35,949 bases of DNA from an uncultured Clostridium sp. (GTDB lineage Bacteria > Bacillota > Clostridia > Lachnospirales > Lachnospiraceae), in NCBI GenBank assembly GCA_900551225.1, contig URUZ01000001.1:1-35949 (forward strand). The letters are read 5' to 3'. The notes beneath the pieces were generated by a model. The model searched no databases, had not been told where the DNA came from, and saw only the letters and a program-made list of their open reading frames with translations. Positions 1-9,550 of this stretch are shown piece by piece; positions within the stretch are counted from its first letter, which is position 1; the number at the start of each line of letters is the position of its first letter. The translations under genes were made by a program, and so were the position numbers.

Positions 1-88
1 CTCCTGGCTCTCACCCGCCACGTTGTAGACCGCCCGCTGGCTCTTCCGGGCGCGGGGGAGGGGAAAGACGTCGGCAGCTAAGGATACT
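1..88. repeat. Partial copy of a dispersed GC-rich intergenic repeat (cut by window edge)
   Basis: ctcctggctctcac (1-14) is identical to 9089-9102. The following blocks cgcccgctg, tccRggcgcg, gacRtc and gctWaRgata recur in the same order at 9113-9171. Confidence 0.7.
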
Positions 89-107
89 AATAATAAAGTA
101 TAGTTTA

Positions 108-153
108 AAGAGAGATAAAACTGCCATTGCTGGCTGCTTTATCTCCCTCTTTT
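108..153 (-). terminator. Likely intrinsic terminator downstream of potD
   Basis: Imperfect inverted repeat agagagataaa...tttatctccctct flanked by A/T runs, about 70 nt past the potD stop. Confidence 0.5.
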
Positions 154-219
154 AGTTAAACCTCAGTTGAAATGGATTCTGTCCGCGTGTTCCTGTTTTC
201 GATAACTACAGGCAGCTGC

Positions 220-1338
220 CTATTTCGCAGCCTTCACTTCTTTCCACATATCATTATAAATCTTCTCGGTATCTTCTCCTAAATACTGGAAAGTCTCGCT
301 TCCCTTTAGTGTATTCAGGTCCGGGAACACGGTCTTGTTGTTCTGGAGGTCTGCGTCCAGCAGATCAAATGCGCCGGTGTTGGGGGTGGGATAGGTGATG
401 TATTCGAAATTGCGTTTGGCAATGTCCGGGCGGCACATGTAGTCAATCCACTTTTGGGCATTTTCCTTGTTCTCGGCGTTGGCGGGGATTACCCAGGAGT
501 CCAGCCACAGGTTGGTGCCGTCCTCTGGGATTATATATTCCAGGTCATAGTCCAGGCCAAGTTCTTCCACCTGCTCCTGGATGAACAGCATCTCACCGGA
601 ATAGATTACACCCACGGCTGCTTCGGCGTTGATCATCTTGTCCCGCACCTGGTCGATGACGTATGCCTGAACCAGGGGCTTCTGGGCAATCAGCAGATCC
701 CGGGCCTGGGCCAGTTCGCCTTCATCGCTGGTGTTCTGGGAGTAACCCAGGGACTTGAGGGCTACCATGAAGGCATCGCGGACGCTGTTCTGCATGAGGA
801 TCTCGCCGCTTAAGCGCTCATCCCACAGATCGGCCCACTTGGTGGGAGCGGGCACGCCCAGCTCTTCCAGACGCTGTACATTGTACAGGATGCCCACGGT
901 GCCCCAGCAGTAGGGGACTGAATATTTGTTCTCAGGGTCAAAGCTTTTGGACATGTCCATGTATTCCTGGCCGATCTCCTTGGAATTGGGGATCTTGTCA
1001 AAGTCCAGGGGCGCCAGCATGTTGTTCTGGATCATGCGCTGGATCATATAGTCTGACGGACATACCACATCGTATTTTACACCGCCTGCCTCGATGACAG
1101 GGAACATTTCCTCGTTTGTCTCGAACACATCGTACACGACCTCAATGCCGGTCTCCTCCTCGAACATGGACTTCACATCCTCGTCAATGTATTCGCCCCA
1201 GTTGTAGACGTACAGCTTGCTGCTGTCTCCGTCACCCTTGGCGCTGTCCCCGGATTTCCCGCACCCGGTCAGGGCAGTGGCAGCGGCGGCCATTAAAACG
1301 GCGGCCAGCGTCATTGTTCTAACAGTCATTTTTCTCAT
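220..1338 (-). CDS. potD: Spermidine/putrescine ABC transporter substrate-binding lipoprotein
   Basis: Lipobox ALTGC; motifs LYVYNWGEYID, PSDYMI, PYCWGTVGI, EDGTNLWLD; last gene of the pot operon. Confidence 0.93.
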   Translation of the reverse strand: MRKMTVRTMTLAAVLMAAAATALTGCGKSGDSAKGDGDSSKLYVYNWGEYIDEDVKSMFEEETGIEVVYDVFETNEEMFPVIEAGGVKYDVVCPSDYMIQRMIQNNMLAPLDFDKIPNSKEIGQEYMDMSKSFDPENKYSVPYCWGTVGILYNVQRLEELGVPAPTKWADLWDERLSGEILMQNSVRDAFMVALKSLGYSQNTSDEGELAQARDLLIAQKPLVQAYVIDQVRDKMINAEAAVGVIYSGEMLFIQEQVEELGLDYDLEYIIPEDGTNLWLDSWVIPANAENKENAQKWIDYMCRPDIAKRNFEYITYPTPNTGAFDLLDADLQNNKTVFPDLNTLKGSETFQYLGEDTEKIYNDMWKEVKAAK

Positions 1339-1375
1339 AATAATCTCCTTTAAAATGTATGGTGATGCCGCGGGA

Positions 1376-2173
1376 TCATTTGTCCTCAGGCTTCTTCCCG
1401 GAACGGAAGTTAACGATCAGCAGCAGGATCAGCACCGTCATGAAAATGATGGTGGACAGTGCGTACATGGACGGCCGGATGCCGCGGCGCACTTCGCTGT
1501 AGATCAGGGTGGACAGGGTGTTGATCCCCGCGCCCTTTGTAAAGTGGGTGATAATGAAATCATCCAGGGACATGGTAAATGCCAGCAAAAAGCCGGACAG
1601 CACGCCGGGCAATATGTCCGGGAACACCACCTTGAAAAACGCTCTCACAGGCTCAGCCCCCAGATCCAGGGCCGCCTCGTAGGTGGAGCGGTCCGTCTGC
1701 TTCAGCTTGGGGCTGACGCTTAGAATCACGTATGGTATGTTAAATGTAATATGGGAGATCAGCACTGTCTGAAATCCCAGGGAGATGCCAAAGGCAATAA
1801 AAGCCAGCATCAGGGAGATACCCGTGACAATATCCGCGTTCAGCATGGGTATATTGGTGATGCCCATAACCACTGTTCTGGGAACAGCCCGCATATTGTT
1901 GATGGCAATGGCCGCCGCGGTGCCGATGATGGTGGCCGCCAGGGCGGACACAAAGGCGATCAGCAGGGTGGTGGTCAGCGCGTTCATAATGGGCCGGCTG
2001 TCAAACATCTGGGCGTACCAGTCCAGGGTGAATCCGCCCCACTGTGTCCTTGACTTGGATTTATTGAAGGAAAGCACCATCATGGTAAAAATGGGGGCGT
2101 ATAAAAATATCAGGATGATCACCATATAAAAATCGGAAATGATCTTTTTCAGCGTTTGTGTACTCTTTGTCAT
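1376..2173 (-). CDS. potC: Spermidine/putrescine ABC transporter permease
   Basis: FLYAPI...LSFN, GFTLDWY, EAALDLGA (EAA loop), FTMSLDDF. Confidence 0.93.
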   Translation of the reverse strand: MTKSTQTLKKIISDFYMVIILIFLYAPIFTMMVLSFNKSKSRTQWGGFTLDWYAQMFDSRPIMNALTTTLLIAFVSALAATIIGTAAAIAINNMRAVPRTVVMGITNIPMLNADIVTGISLMLAFIAFGISLGFQTVLISHITFNIPYVILSVSPKLKQTDRSTYEAALDLGAEPVRAFFKVVFPDILPGVLSGFLLAFTMSLDDFIITHFTKGAGINTLSTLIYSEVRRGIRPSMYALSTIIFMTVLILLLIVNFRSGKKPEDK

Positions 2174-3009
2174 CAGAATGCCGTCCCCTCCCCGTTTTTA
2201 TCGTATTTGGCGATCATGGCCATGCTGATCAGGATAAATACCATCAGCACCAGGGACAGTCCGCTGCCCAGATGCCAGTTGCTCCCCTTGGTGAACTCCT
2301 GCTCGATTACATTTCCGATCAGCAGGATCTTGCTGCCGCCCAGCAGGTCGGAGATGACGAAGGTGGTCAGGGAAGGCACGAATACCATGGTGATCCCGCT
2401 GATAATGCCCGGCACGCTTAAGGGAAGCCAGATGCGCATCAGGGTCTGGAAACCGTTGGCGCCCAGATCGCTGGCAGCGCTCACCACATTGTCGTCTATT
2501 TTTGAAAGTACATTGTAAATGGGAAGGACCATAAAGGGCAGGAAGTTGTATACCATGCCTAAAATGATGGCTCCCTGGGTATTGATCAAGGATTGCTTTG
2601 GAAGGTGGAGCCAGGTGAGGATACCATTAATAACCCCATTTTTTTCCAAAAGTGTCTGCCATGCCATGGTGCGCAGCAGAAAGTTCATCCACATGGGAAG
2701 CACGAAGATGAACACAATGAAGCCGCTGGCCGACTGTCCCCGGCCCCTCAGGATCATGGCTAAGGGATAGGCCAGCAGCAGGCAGATCAGCGTGCTGATA
2801 AAGGACAGGCCCAGGGACAGCCACAGGGCGCTGGCGTGGTCCGCGGTGGCGATGGCCAGCACATTTTCCAGGGTGAGGCTGCCGCTTTTGTCGGTAATCC
2901 CGTACCAGAAGATCAGCGCCAGGGGAATCAGCGTGAAGCCCACCATCCAGAGTAGATATGGCCCGGACAAAAGGTTCTTGCCCAGGGATATGCGTTTTGC
3001 CTTATTCAT
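2173..3009 (-). CDS. potB: Spermidine/putrescine ABC transporter permease
   Basis: [37 protein letters not shown]; overlaps both neighbours. Confidence 0.93.
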   Translation of the reverse strand: MNKAKRISLGKNLLSGPYLLWMVGFTLIPLALIFWYGITDKSGSLTLENVLAIATADHASALWLSLGLSFISTLICLLLAYPLAMILRGRGQSASGFIVFIFVLPMWMNFLLRTMAWQTLLEKNGVINGILTWLHLPKQSLINTQGAIILGMVYNFLPFMVLPIYNVLSKIDDNVVSAASDLGANGFQTLMRIWLPLSVPGIISGITMVFVPSLTTFVISDLLGGSKILLIGNVIEQEFTKGSNWHLGSGLSLVLMVFILISMAMIAKYDKNGEGTAF

Positions 3010-4078
3010 TGACCCCCATTGCCTCCTCGTCCTCAGAAGCAGGCTTGTTCATGATCTGAATCTCGAAGGGCTCCACGTGGATGCCCACCTGCTGGCCAAC
3101 GGGGAACATGTCGGTGGAGTGCACCAGCCACTCGAAACCATCGGGGGTGGTCACCTCCATCTCGTAGTGTACGCCCTTGAAGATCAGGTGTGTCACCACG
3201 CCCTGGAGCGAGCCCTCGCCGGGCTTTACCAGGTCGATGTCCTCAGGACGGATCACCACATCCACAGGCTTGTTGCTGCCGAAGCCCTTATCCACGCAGA
3301 CGAATCGGGCGCCGAAGATCTCCACCAGCTCATCGCGGATCATGGTGCCGGGCACTATGTTGCTCTCGCCGATGAAGTCGGCCACAAAAGCATTTTCCGG
3401 CTCATTATAGATCTGTTCAGGGGAGCCCATCTGCTGGATATATCCTTGGTTCATGACCACGATGGTGTCGGACATGGTCAGAGCTTCCTCCTGGTCGTGG
3501 GTTACATAGATAAATGTGATGCCCAGCTCATTCTTCAGCCGGATCAGCTCATACTGCATATCCTGGCGCAGCTTTAAGTCCAGAGCGCCCAGAGGCTCGT
3601 CCAGAAGCAGTACCCGCGGCTCGTTGACAATGGCTCTGGCAATGGCAATACGCTGCTGCTGTCCGCCGGACAGGGCGTTTACCGCGCGCTTCTCATAGCC
3701 GGAGAGGTTCACCAGCTTTAAGGCGTACTTGATCTTGTCGTCTATATAGGATTTCGGCTTGTTCTTGATCTTTAAGCCAAATGCAATATTTTCCGCAATG
3801 TTCATGTGGGGAAACAGGGCGTACTTCTGGAATACGGTGTTCAGCTGGCGCTTGTAAGGCGGAAGCTTGGTTATATCCTGTCCCTCGAATATCACACTGC
3901 CGGTGTCCGGTGTGGCGAATCCCCCCAGAATCCGCAGAGTGGTGGTCTTGCCGCAGCCGCTGGGGCCAAGCAATGTCACGAAGCTGTTCTCCTTGATGGA
4001 AAGGTTCAAATCGTCCAATACCAATTCGCCGTCAAAGCTTTTGGAAATGTGCTGTAAATCAATCAATGGCTGGCTCAT
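3002..4078 (-). CDS. potA: Spermidine/putrescine ABC transporter ATP-binding protein
   Basis: Walker [17 protein letters not shown] signature, [19 protein letters not shown]-terminal TOBE-like region. Confidence 0.95.
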   Translation of the reverse strand: MSQPLIDLQHISKSFDGELVLDDLNLSIKENSFVTLLGPSGCGKTTTLRILGGFATPDTGSVIFEGQDITKLPPYKRQLNTVFQKYALFPHMNIAENIAFGLKIKNKPKSYIDDKIKYALKLVNLSGYEKRAVNALSGGQQQRIAIARAIVNEPRVLLLDEPLGALDLKLRQDMQYELIRLKNELGITFIYVTHDQEEALTMSDTIVVMNQGYIQQMGSPEQIYNEPENAFVADFIGESNIVPGTMIRDELVEIFGARFVCVDKGFGSNKPVDVVIRPEDIDLVKPGEGSLQGVVTHLIFKGVHYEMEVTTPDGFEWLVHSTDMFPVGQQVGIHVEPFEIQIMNKPASEDEEAMGVNE

Positions 4079-4105
4079 CGCAAATCTTCTCCTTTTGTAA
4101 TGGAA

Positions 4106-4639
4106 TTAAAAGCTTGGCGGGGAACTGACCCACAAAAGGACTGCGCCGCCCTTGCTGGTCAGATAGTGTTTCTTGTCCGCCACAAAATAAAATGATTCCC
4201 CTTTTTTGGCCTTGTAAGTCTTGCTGCCCCTGTGGATAGAGACGCTGCCCTGCAGCACATATCCGAATTCCTCTCCCTCGTGGGGATTGTCCGGGTAGGT
4301 GGAGCCGCCCGCCTCCAGGGTCAGAAGGATGGGTTCCATCACATTCTTCTGGGCATTGGGGATGATCCACTTGATCTCATTGTGTAATTCTGTATCAATT
4401 TTCTCAAAATAATCCTGTTTGCTGAATACAATCTGTTCTTCAGGCGACTCATTGAAGAATTCGCCGATGGAGGTTCCAAGGCATTGCAGGATATCCATCA
4501 GCGTGGCGATGGAAGGAGACGTCAGATCCCGCTCCAGCTGGGAGATGAATCCCTTGGACAGCTCCGCGCGGTCAGCCAGTTCTTCCTGGGTCAGTCCTTT
4601 GAGTATCCGCAGTTCCTTTAATTTTGATCCTATCTGCAT
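4106..4639 (-). CDS. XRE-family HTH + cupin transcriptional regulator (PuuR-like), first gene of the pot operon
   Basis: LTQEELADRAELSKGFISQLERDLTSPSIATL HTH; cupin motif HEGEEFGYVLQG. Confidence 0.92.
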   Translation of the reverse strand: MQIGSKLKELRILKGLTQEELADRAELSKGFISQLERDLTSPSIATLMDILQCLGTSIGEFFNESPEEQIVFSKQDYFEKIDTELHNEIKWIIPNAQKNVMEPILLTLEAGGSTYPDNPHEGEEFGYVLQGSVSIHRGSKTYKAKKGESFYFVADKKHYLTSKGGAVLLWVSSPPSF

Positions 4640-4691
4640 TGTGGTACCTCTCCAATCTTTTTACGAAAAGTATAATAAAAAGTGTTTTAAA

Positions 4692-4787
4692 GTTTACTTA
4701 TACTAACTGATGATAAAATTAACTAAAAAGTTTAGTATAAATAAACACATGCGAATCTCATTATACCGCTTTTTCCTGTTCTGTCAA
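4692..4787 (-). promoter_or_regulatory. SigA promoter of the pot operon with two candidate operators
   Basis: Minus strand TTGACA (4787-4782), 16 nt, TATAAT (4765-4760). Downstream pseudo-palindromes GTTTAGTATAAATAAAC (4730-4746) and GTTTACTTATACTAACT (4692-4708). Confidence 0.7.
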
Positions 4788-4808
4788 TACTTTTTGTAAA
4801 GATTGGTG

Positions 4809-4837
4809 TTAACAAAAATATAAAATTATGTTATGAT
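4809..4837 (+). promoter_or_regulatory. Candidate SigA promoter of the lactonase-aroC-ROK block
   Basis: TTAACA-17 nt-TATGAT with extended TG. Confidence 0.55.
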
Positions 4838-4882
4838 GGTTTTAGTTTTGAAAAAGCGTCATTCTGGGAGGTAAAAAGGAAG

Positions 4883-5938
4883 ATGAAAGGGAAATATATG
4901 GCATATGTGGGATCTTATTCCTACACCGGCAAAGCGAAGGGCATCACGGTATTTGACGTGGATGTGGCTAAAGGGACATTTAAGGAGCGCTGCGAGGTTG
5001 AAGTGGACAACTCTTCCTATATTATTGCCTCCAACAGCGGCAAAACCCTGTACTCCATCGCAGATGAGGGAGTGGTATCCTTCCGTATCCTGGAGAACGG
5101 CAGCCTGGCCAGGCTGAACAGCGCCTCCATCCGCGGAATGAGAGGCTGCCATCTCTGCACGGACAAAGAGGACAAGTATGTGTTTGTATCCGGCTACCAT
5201 GACGGCAAGACCACGGTACTGAGCCTGAATCCCGACGGCTCTGTGGGTAACATTGTGGACGGAGTATTTGATAAAGGCTACGGCAGCGTGGCGGAGCGGA
5301 ATTTCCGTCCCCATGTGACCTGTACAAGGAGAACGCCGGACGGCCACTATGTGATGAGCGTGGACAACGGCATCGACCAGGTGAAGGTCTACCGCTTTAA
5401 TGAGAAGGACAGAAAGCTGACCCAGGTGGATGCTGTGCGCTGTGAGCTGGAGTCCGCCCCCAGGCATTTCCGCTTCAGCGCGGACGGGCGCTTCATGTAT
5501 CTGATGTGCGAACTGAAGAATGTGATTGAGGTATACACCTATGAGACCGGGGACCGCTCCCCGGTCCTGGAGAAGATCCAGACGATCTCCACCACAGGCA
5601 ATGCCAAGCCCAGCGTGATGACAGCTGCCTGCGCCATGCGTCTGTCGCCGGATGAGAAATATATTTTCTGTTCCAACGCGGGGGAGAATACAGTCAGTAT
5701 CTACAACAGGGACGAAAAGACCGGTTTCCTGACCATGCTGTGCTGCCTGCCCATCAGCGGCGAGTACCCCAAGGACATTGCGGTGTTCCCGGACGGGAAG
5801 CATATCGCTTCCGTGAATCACGACAGCGGCTCCCTGACATTCTTTGACGTGGATTACAAGAAGGGCCTGCTGGTGATGAGCGGCCGGGCCATCCCGGTGA
5901 ATGAGCCAAACTGCTGCGCCATTGTGAAGATCAGTTAA
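4883..5938 (+). CDS. Lactonase family beta-propeller protein (6-phosphogluconolactonase-like)
   Basis: YVGSY start, RPH, PRHFRFSADGRFMYLMCEL, PKDIAVFPDG repeats typical of Pgl/YkgB 7-bladed propellers. Confidence 0.85.
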   Translation: MKGKYMAYVGSYSYTGKAKGITVFDVDVAKGTFKERCEVEVDNSSYIIASNSGKTLYSIADEGVVSFRILENGSLARLNSASIRGMRGCHLCTDKEDKYVFVSGYHDGKTTVLSLNPDGSVGNIVDGVFDKGYGSVAERNFRPHVTCTRRTPDGHYVMSVDNGIDQVKVYRFNEKDRKLTQVDAVRCELESAPRHFRFSADGRFMYLMCELKNVIEVYTYETGDRSPVLEKIQTISTTGNAKPSVMTAACAMRLSPDEKYIFCSNAGENTVSIYNRDEKTGFLTMLCCLPISGEYPKDIAVFPDGKHIASVNHDSGSLTFFDVDYKKGLLVMSGRAIPVNEPNCCAIVKIS

Positions 5939-5995
5939 GCGCAAGGTTTGGCAGAATGATGGACAGGAATAATGTGACAGACAAGGAGTTATGAC

Positions 5996-7096
5996 ATGGC
6001 AGGTTCAACCTATGGAACCATATTCAGAATTATGACCTGGGGGGAGTCCCACGGCAGAGGCATCGGCGTTGTAGTAGATGGCTGTCCCGCAGGGCTGGAA
6101 CTGAGTGAAGATCATATTCAGGCGTATTTAAACCGCAGAAAGCCGGGGCAGAGCAAGTTCACCACGGCCCGGCAGGAGGGGGACCAGGTGGAAATCCTCT
6201 CGGGTGTGTTTGAGGGAAAGACCACCGGCACGCCCATTGCCCTGGAGGTGCGCAACACGGACCAGCGCTCCCATGACTATGGTAATATTATGGACGTGTA
6301 CCGTCCGGGCCATGCGGACTATACATTTGATGCCAAGTATGGCTTCAGGGATTACCGGGGCGGAGGCCGTTCCTCCGGCCGGGAGACCATTGGCCGCGTG
6401 GCGGCCGGGGCCATTGCATGCAGGATATTGGAAGAACTTGGGATTCAGGTGCAGGCATATACCCGGTCCATTGGGGACATCTGTGTAAGCCCTGAGCGGT
6501 TTGATATGGATGAAATGTGGAACAACCGGGTATATATGCCGGATGCCCAGGCCGCGGCAGAGGCTGAAGGGTACTTGGAGGAGCTGCTGGCCCGCTGTGA
6601 TTCCAGCGGCGGTGTGGTGGAATGCCGGGTGACCGGACTCCCCGCAGGTGTTGGGGAGCCGGTATTTGAGAAGCTGGACGCCAACCTGGCCAAGGCCATG
6701 CTGTCCATTGGCGCGGTAAAGGGATTTGAGATCGGGGACGGTATGGAGGCCGCGAAGGCGGTTGGTTCAGGGAACAATGATGCATTCGGAATGGAAAATG
6801 GAAGAATCTGTAAGAAAACCAACCACTCCGGCGGCACCCTGGGCGGTATCAGCGACGGCAGCGTGCTGGTGACCAGAACCGCGTTCAAGCCCACGCCGTC
6901 CATCAGTTCGCCCCAGCAGACAGTGAACCGGGACGGCCAGGAGACTGAGATCCAGATCCACGGCCGCCACGATCCCATTATCGTGCCCAGGGCAGTGGTG
7001 GTGGTGGAAGCCATGACAGCGCTGACCGTGTGCGATATGATGATGGTTGGGATGTCGGCCAGGCTGGATGGGATGAAGGGGTTTTATAAGCGGTAG
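5996..7096 (+). CDS. aroC: Chorismate synthase
   Basis: GESHG, RPGHAD, GGGRSSGRET, FKPTPSI, GRHDP motifs. Confidence 0.97.
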   Translation: MAGSTYGTIFRIMTWGESHGRGIGVVVDGCPAGLELSEDHIQAYLNRRKPGQSKFTTARQEGDQVEILSGVFEGKTTGTPIALEVRNTDQRSHDYGNIMDVYRPGHADYTFDAKYGFRDYRGGGRSSGRETIGRVAAGAIACRILEELGIQVQAYTRSIGDICVSPERFDMDEMWNNRVYMPDAQAAAEAEGYLEELLARCDSSGGVVECRVTGLPAGVGEPVFEKLDANLAKAMLSIGAVKGFEIGDGMEAAKAVGSGNNDAFGMENGRICKKTNHSGGTLGGISDGSVLVTRTAFKPTPSISSPQQTVNRDGQETEIQIHGRHDPIIVPRAVVVVEAMTALTVCDMMMVGMSARLDGMKGFYKR

Positions 7097-7114
7097 ATGA
7101 GGAGAACTTGAGGG

Positions 7115-8389
7115 ATGCGCTTTGACAAATATGTAATGGCTCAGATGAATAAGAAGATGATTTTGGAAATGATCTTTGAAAAAGGGCCCATCAACCGCGC
7201 TGAGATTGCCAGGCTCTCTGGCTTAAGCGTGCCGACCGTGATGAAAATTACAGATGAGTTCAGCCATTCCAATTTGATCCGCGGTGTCGGCAAACGGGAG
7301 TCCACCGGCGGCCGCCAGCCGGAGCTTTTAGAAATCAATAAGGATGCGTACTGCTGTCTGGGGCTGGATGTGGGGCGCAACCGCATCAAAGTGGCTGTGA
7401 TGAACCTGGCGGGAGAGATTGGGATTAAAAAGACGATCCTGACGGGGGATACCCTGCCGCCTGAAGTGCTGATCTACCGGATGATCTCCCTGGTCAGGGA
7501 GGTTCTGGATGAGATGGGGAATCAGAGAAGCAGGCTGCTGGGCATTGGCATCGGTATGCCTGGCCTGCTGGACCCTGACACAGGTATGGTGAATTTTTCA
7601 CCGGATTTCGGCTGGGAACATGTGGATCTGCTTGGTCGGTTCAAACATGAATTCTCCTGTCACATTGTGATTGAGAATGCCAACAGGGTCATGGCCTTGG
7701 GCGAGCGGTGGTTTGGAGCGGGGAGAAATGCCGACAATTTCCTGTGTGTGAATCTGGGCCATGGAATCGGATCAGCCCTGGTGTTTGGCGGGGAAGTATA
7801 TCATGGAAACAGCGGCACCAGCGGTGAGATCGGCCATATTACGCTGGAGAAAGACGGCCCCCTCTGTGAATGCGGCAATCACGGTTGTCTGGAGGCCCTG
7901 GCTTCCGGCAGAGCCATTGCCAGGCAGGCCGGAGACCTGGCGGCAAAGGGAAAAGGAAGACGGATTCTGGAGCTGGCAGGTGGAAAGCCAGAGAATATTG
8001 AAGCAGAGACTGTGTTTGCGGCGGCCAGGGAGGGAGACCGCGAGGCGGTGAAGCTGCTGGATCTGGCAATTGGATATCTTGGGATCGCAGCCGCCAGTGT
8101 TGTGAATCTGTTTGATCCGGAACTCATCATTTTTGAGGGAGGCCTGATGAAGTCCAGCGATTACCTGCTGCCAAGGCTGAAAACAGAGATACGCAGGCAT
8201 CAGATGCGCCTGGCCGGCAGGAATGTACAGATCCGCAGAGGCGATCTGGGTGAAGATATCACAGCGGTGGGAGCGGCTACGCTTTTGATGCAGAATTTGG
8301 TAGATAGCGGCGGGGTAGTTGAGATTAATGTTTCGCTTAATCAGCCATACAAGGAAACCCTTACCGTTTTCGCAGATCTAAAAGAATGA
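7115..8389 (+). CDS. ROK family transcriptional regulator; last ~21 aa appear to come from a DinJ/RelB remnant
   Basis: N-terminal HTH (INRAEIARLSGLSVPTV), GIGMPG, ENANR, GEIGH, CECGNHGCLE zinc motif. Confidence 0.92.
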   Translation: MRFDKYVMAQMNKKMILEMIFEKGPINRAEIARLSGLSVPTVMKITDEFSHSNLIRGVGKRESTGGRQPELLEINKDAYCCLGLDVGRNRIKVAVMNLAGEIGIKKTILTGDTLPPEVLIYRMISLVREVLDEMGNQRSRLLGIGIGMPGLLDPDTGMVNFSPDFGWEHVDLLGRFKHEFSCHIVIENANRVMALGERWFGAGRNADNFLCVNLGHGIGSALVFGGEVYHGNSGTSGEIGHITLEKDGPLCECGNHGCLEALASGRAIARQAGDLAAKGKGRRILELAGGKPENIEAETVFAAAREGDREAVKLLDLAIGYLGIAAASVVNLFDPELIIFEGGLMKSSDYLLPRLKTEIRRHQMRLAGRNVQIRRGDLGEDITAVGAATLLMQNLVDSGGVVEINVSLNQPYKETLTVFADLKE

Positions 8390-8499
8390 CAAAATACACT
8401 GTTAAAATCACTATGCAGTTTAAGAAAGACTATAAGCTGGCCACCAAACCACTTGTTTATCCCATTGAGGACGATGTTCTCGTTGCAAGTTTAGTATAA
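8324..8499 (+). pseudogene. Decayed dinJ/relB-yafQ type II toxin-antitoxin remnant
   Basis: ORF 8386-8499 reads MTKYTVKITMQFKKDYKLATKPLVYPIEDDVLVASLV*, which resembles the YafQ N-terminus joined to its late L.Y.IEDDVLV strand. Upstream NVSLNQPYKET...FADLKE* resembles a DinJ C-terminus and overlaps the toxin start as ATGA. Recognition is from memory of the family. Confidence 0.72.
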
Positions 8500-8513
8500 A
8501 GGAGATAATTACA

Positions 8514-8924
8514 ATGAATGGAAAAGAAGTGCGTGTAGGTGCGAGTCTATTGGTTGGTAACATGGATAATATGGTTCGGTTCTACAGAGATACATTGGGC
8601 TTTCATACACAATGGGATGGTGGGGATTTCGCGGAGTTTGAAACAGCAAGCGGTGAATTATCCTTGTTTATGTATAGCAGGGAAGAATTCGTCAAGGCAA
8701 TAAGAGAGGACTATGTTCCACCAAAGGGTATTAACCAGACTTTTGAAATTGCCCTCTGGCTGCCCAGCTTTGCTGATGTGGATGCGGAATATGAGCGGCT
8801 GTCAAAGCTGGGTCTGCGATTTCCTACTGGAGGACCCATTACCTATCCTTTCGGCATTCGCAATTTTTATGTAGCCGACCCGGAAGGCAATCTGCTTGAA
8901 ATCGGCAGCACGAACACAATATAA
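8514..8924 (+). CDS. VOC/glyoxalase-bleomycin resistance family protein
   Basis: FYRDTLGF and FGIRNFYVADPEGNLLEI; RBS aaggag. Confidence 0.9.
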   Translation: MNGKEVRVGASLLVGNMDNMVRFYRDTLGFHTQWDGGDFAEFETASGELSLFMYSREEFVKAIREDYVPPKGINQTFEIALWLPSFADVDAEYERLSKLGLRFPTGGPITYPFGIRNFYVADPEGNLLEIGSTNTI

Positions 8925-9111
8925 ATCGGGAATTCACTTTTTAACATAATCAATTCCTGTTTGTAGGACTGATATAAGTTACGCCTTGTTGGGATAAGGC
9001 GCAGCACGCTATCTGGTTGTTTTCAAAAGTGGCAGGCGGATGAATTATTAATGCGCCTCCACACGCCCCCGAACCTTCCCGCCCGCAGCTCCTGGCTCTC
9101 ACTCACAGGAT

Positions 9112-9293
9112 ACGCCCGCTGACGCATCCAGGCGCGAGAAAAAGAAAAAGGACATCCGAAGGCTTAAGATATCCTGAAGTAAGGTGCATTTACTGCTCCC
9201 CCTATTTCAGGTGAATTCACCATATTATGGGAATATCTTAAGCTCTTGGATGTCTTTTTTCTTTTTCCCGCGCCTGGATGCGTCAGCGGACGT
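9112..9293. repeat. Long imperfect inverted repeat (61-bp arms)
   Basis: 9112-9172 matches the reverse complement of 9233-9293 at 55/61 by manual alignment. The loop holds the palindrome ggtgaattcacc. Confidence 0.9.
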
Positions 9294-9309
9294 TTCAGAG
9301 ACTTACCCG

Positions 9310-9550
9310 GAAAAGAAGGAGGTTGGGGCTGGGAGGACAGCGGAGGGGCTGGCGACTTGTGGAGGAGAGCAGTGGAACTTAGGCGCTGGTGATTTGCGTT
9401 GCCGGTCCAAAGAACGGTTGTCCGAGCCTTGGCGAGTTTTCGTTCTTTGGACCGGCGCTTTTAGCAAATCATCAGGGCCTTAGAGACACGCTCTCCGTAA
9501 CCAGGAGCCGACCCCTCCGCTGTCCTCCCAGCCCCAACCTCCTTCTTTTC
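9310..9550. repeat. Nested palindromic element (REPIN/MITE-like) with perfect 39-bp outer arms
   Basis: 9310-9348 is the exact reverse complement of 9512-9550. Inner stems are 9381-9397/9464-9480 (15/17) and 9401-9416/9441-9456 (16/16). Confidence 0.9.

Noticed and set aside
4859..5944. 361-aa antisense ORF over the lactonase gene, and similar long antisense ORFs at 12951-13937, 14330-15610, 16137-17258, 21835-22740 and 33876-35072
   Set aside because: They are shadows of well-supported genes on the other strand in GC-rich coding DNA, with no recognisable motifs.
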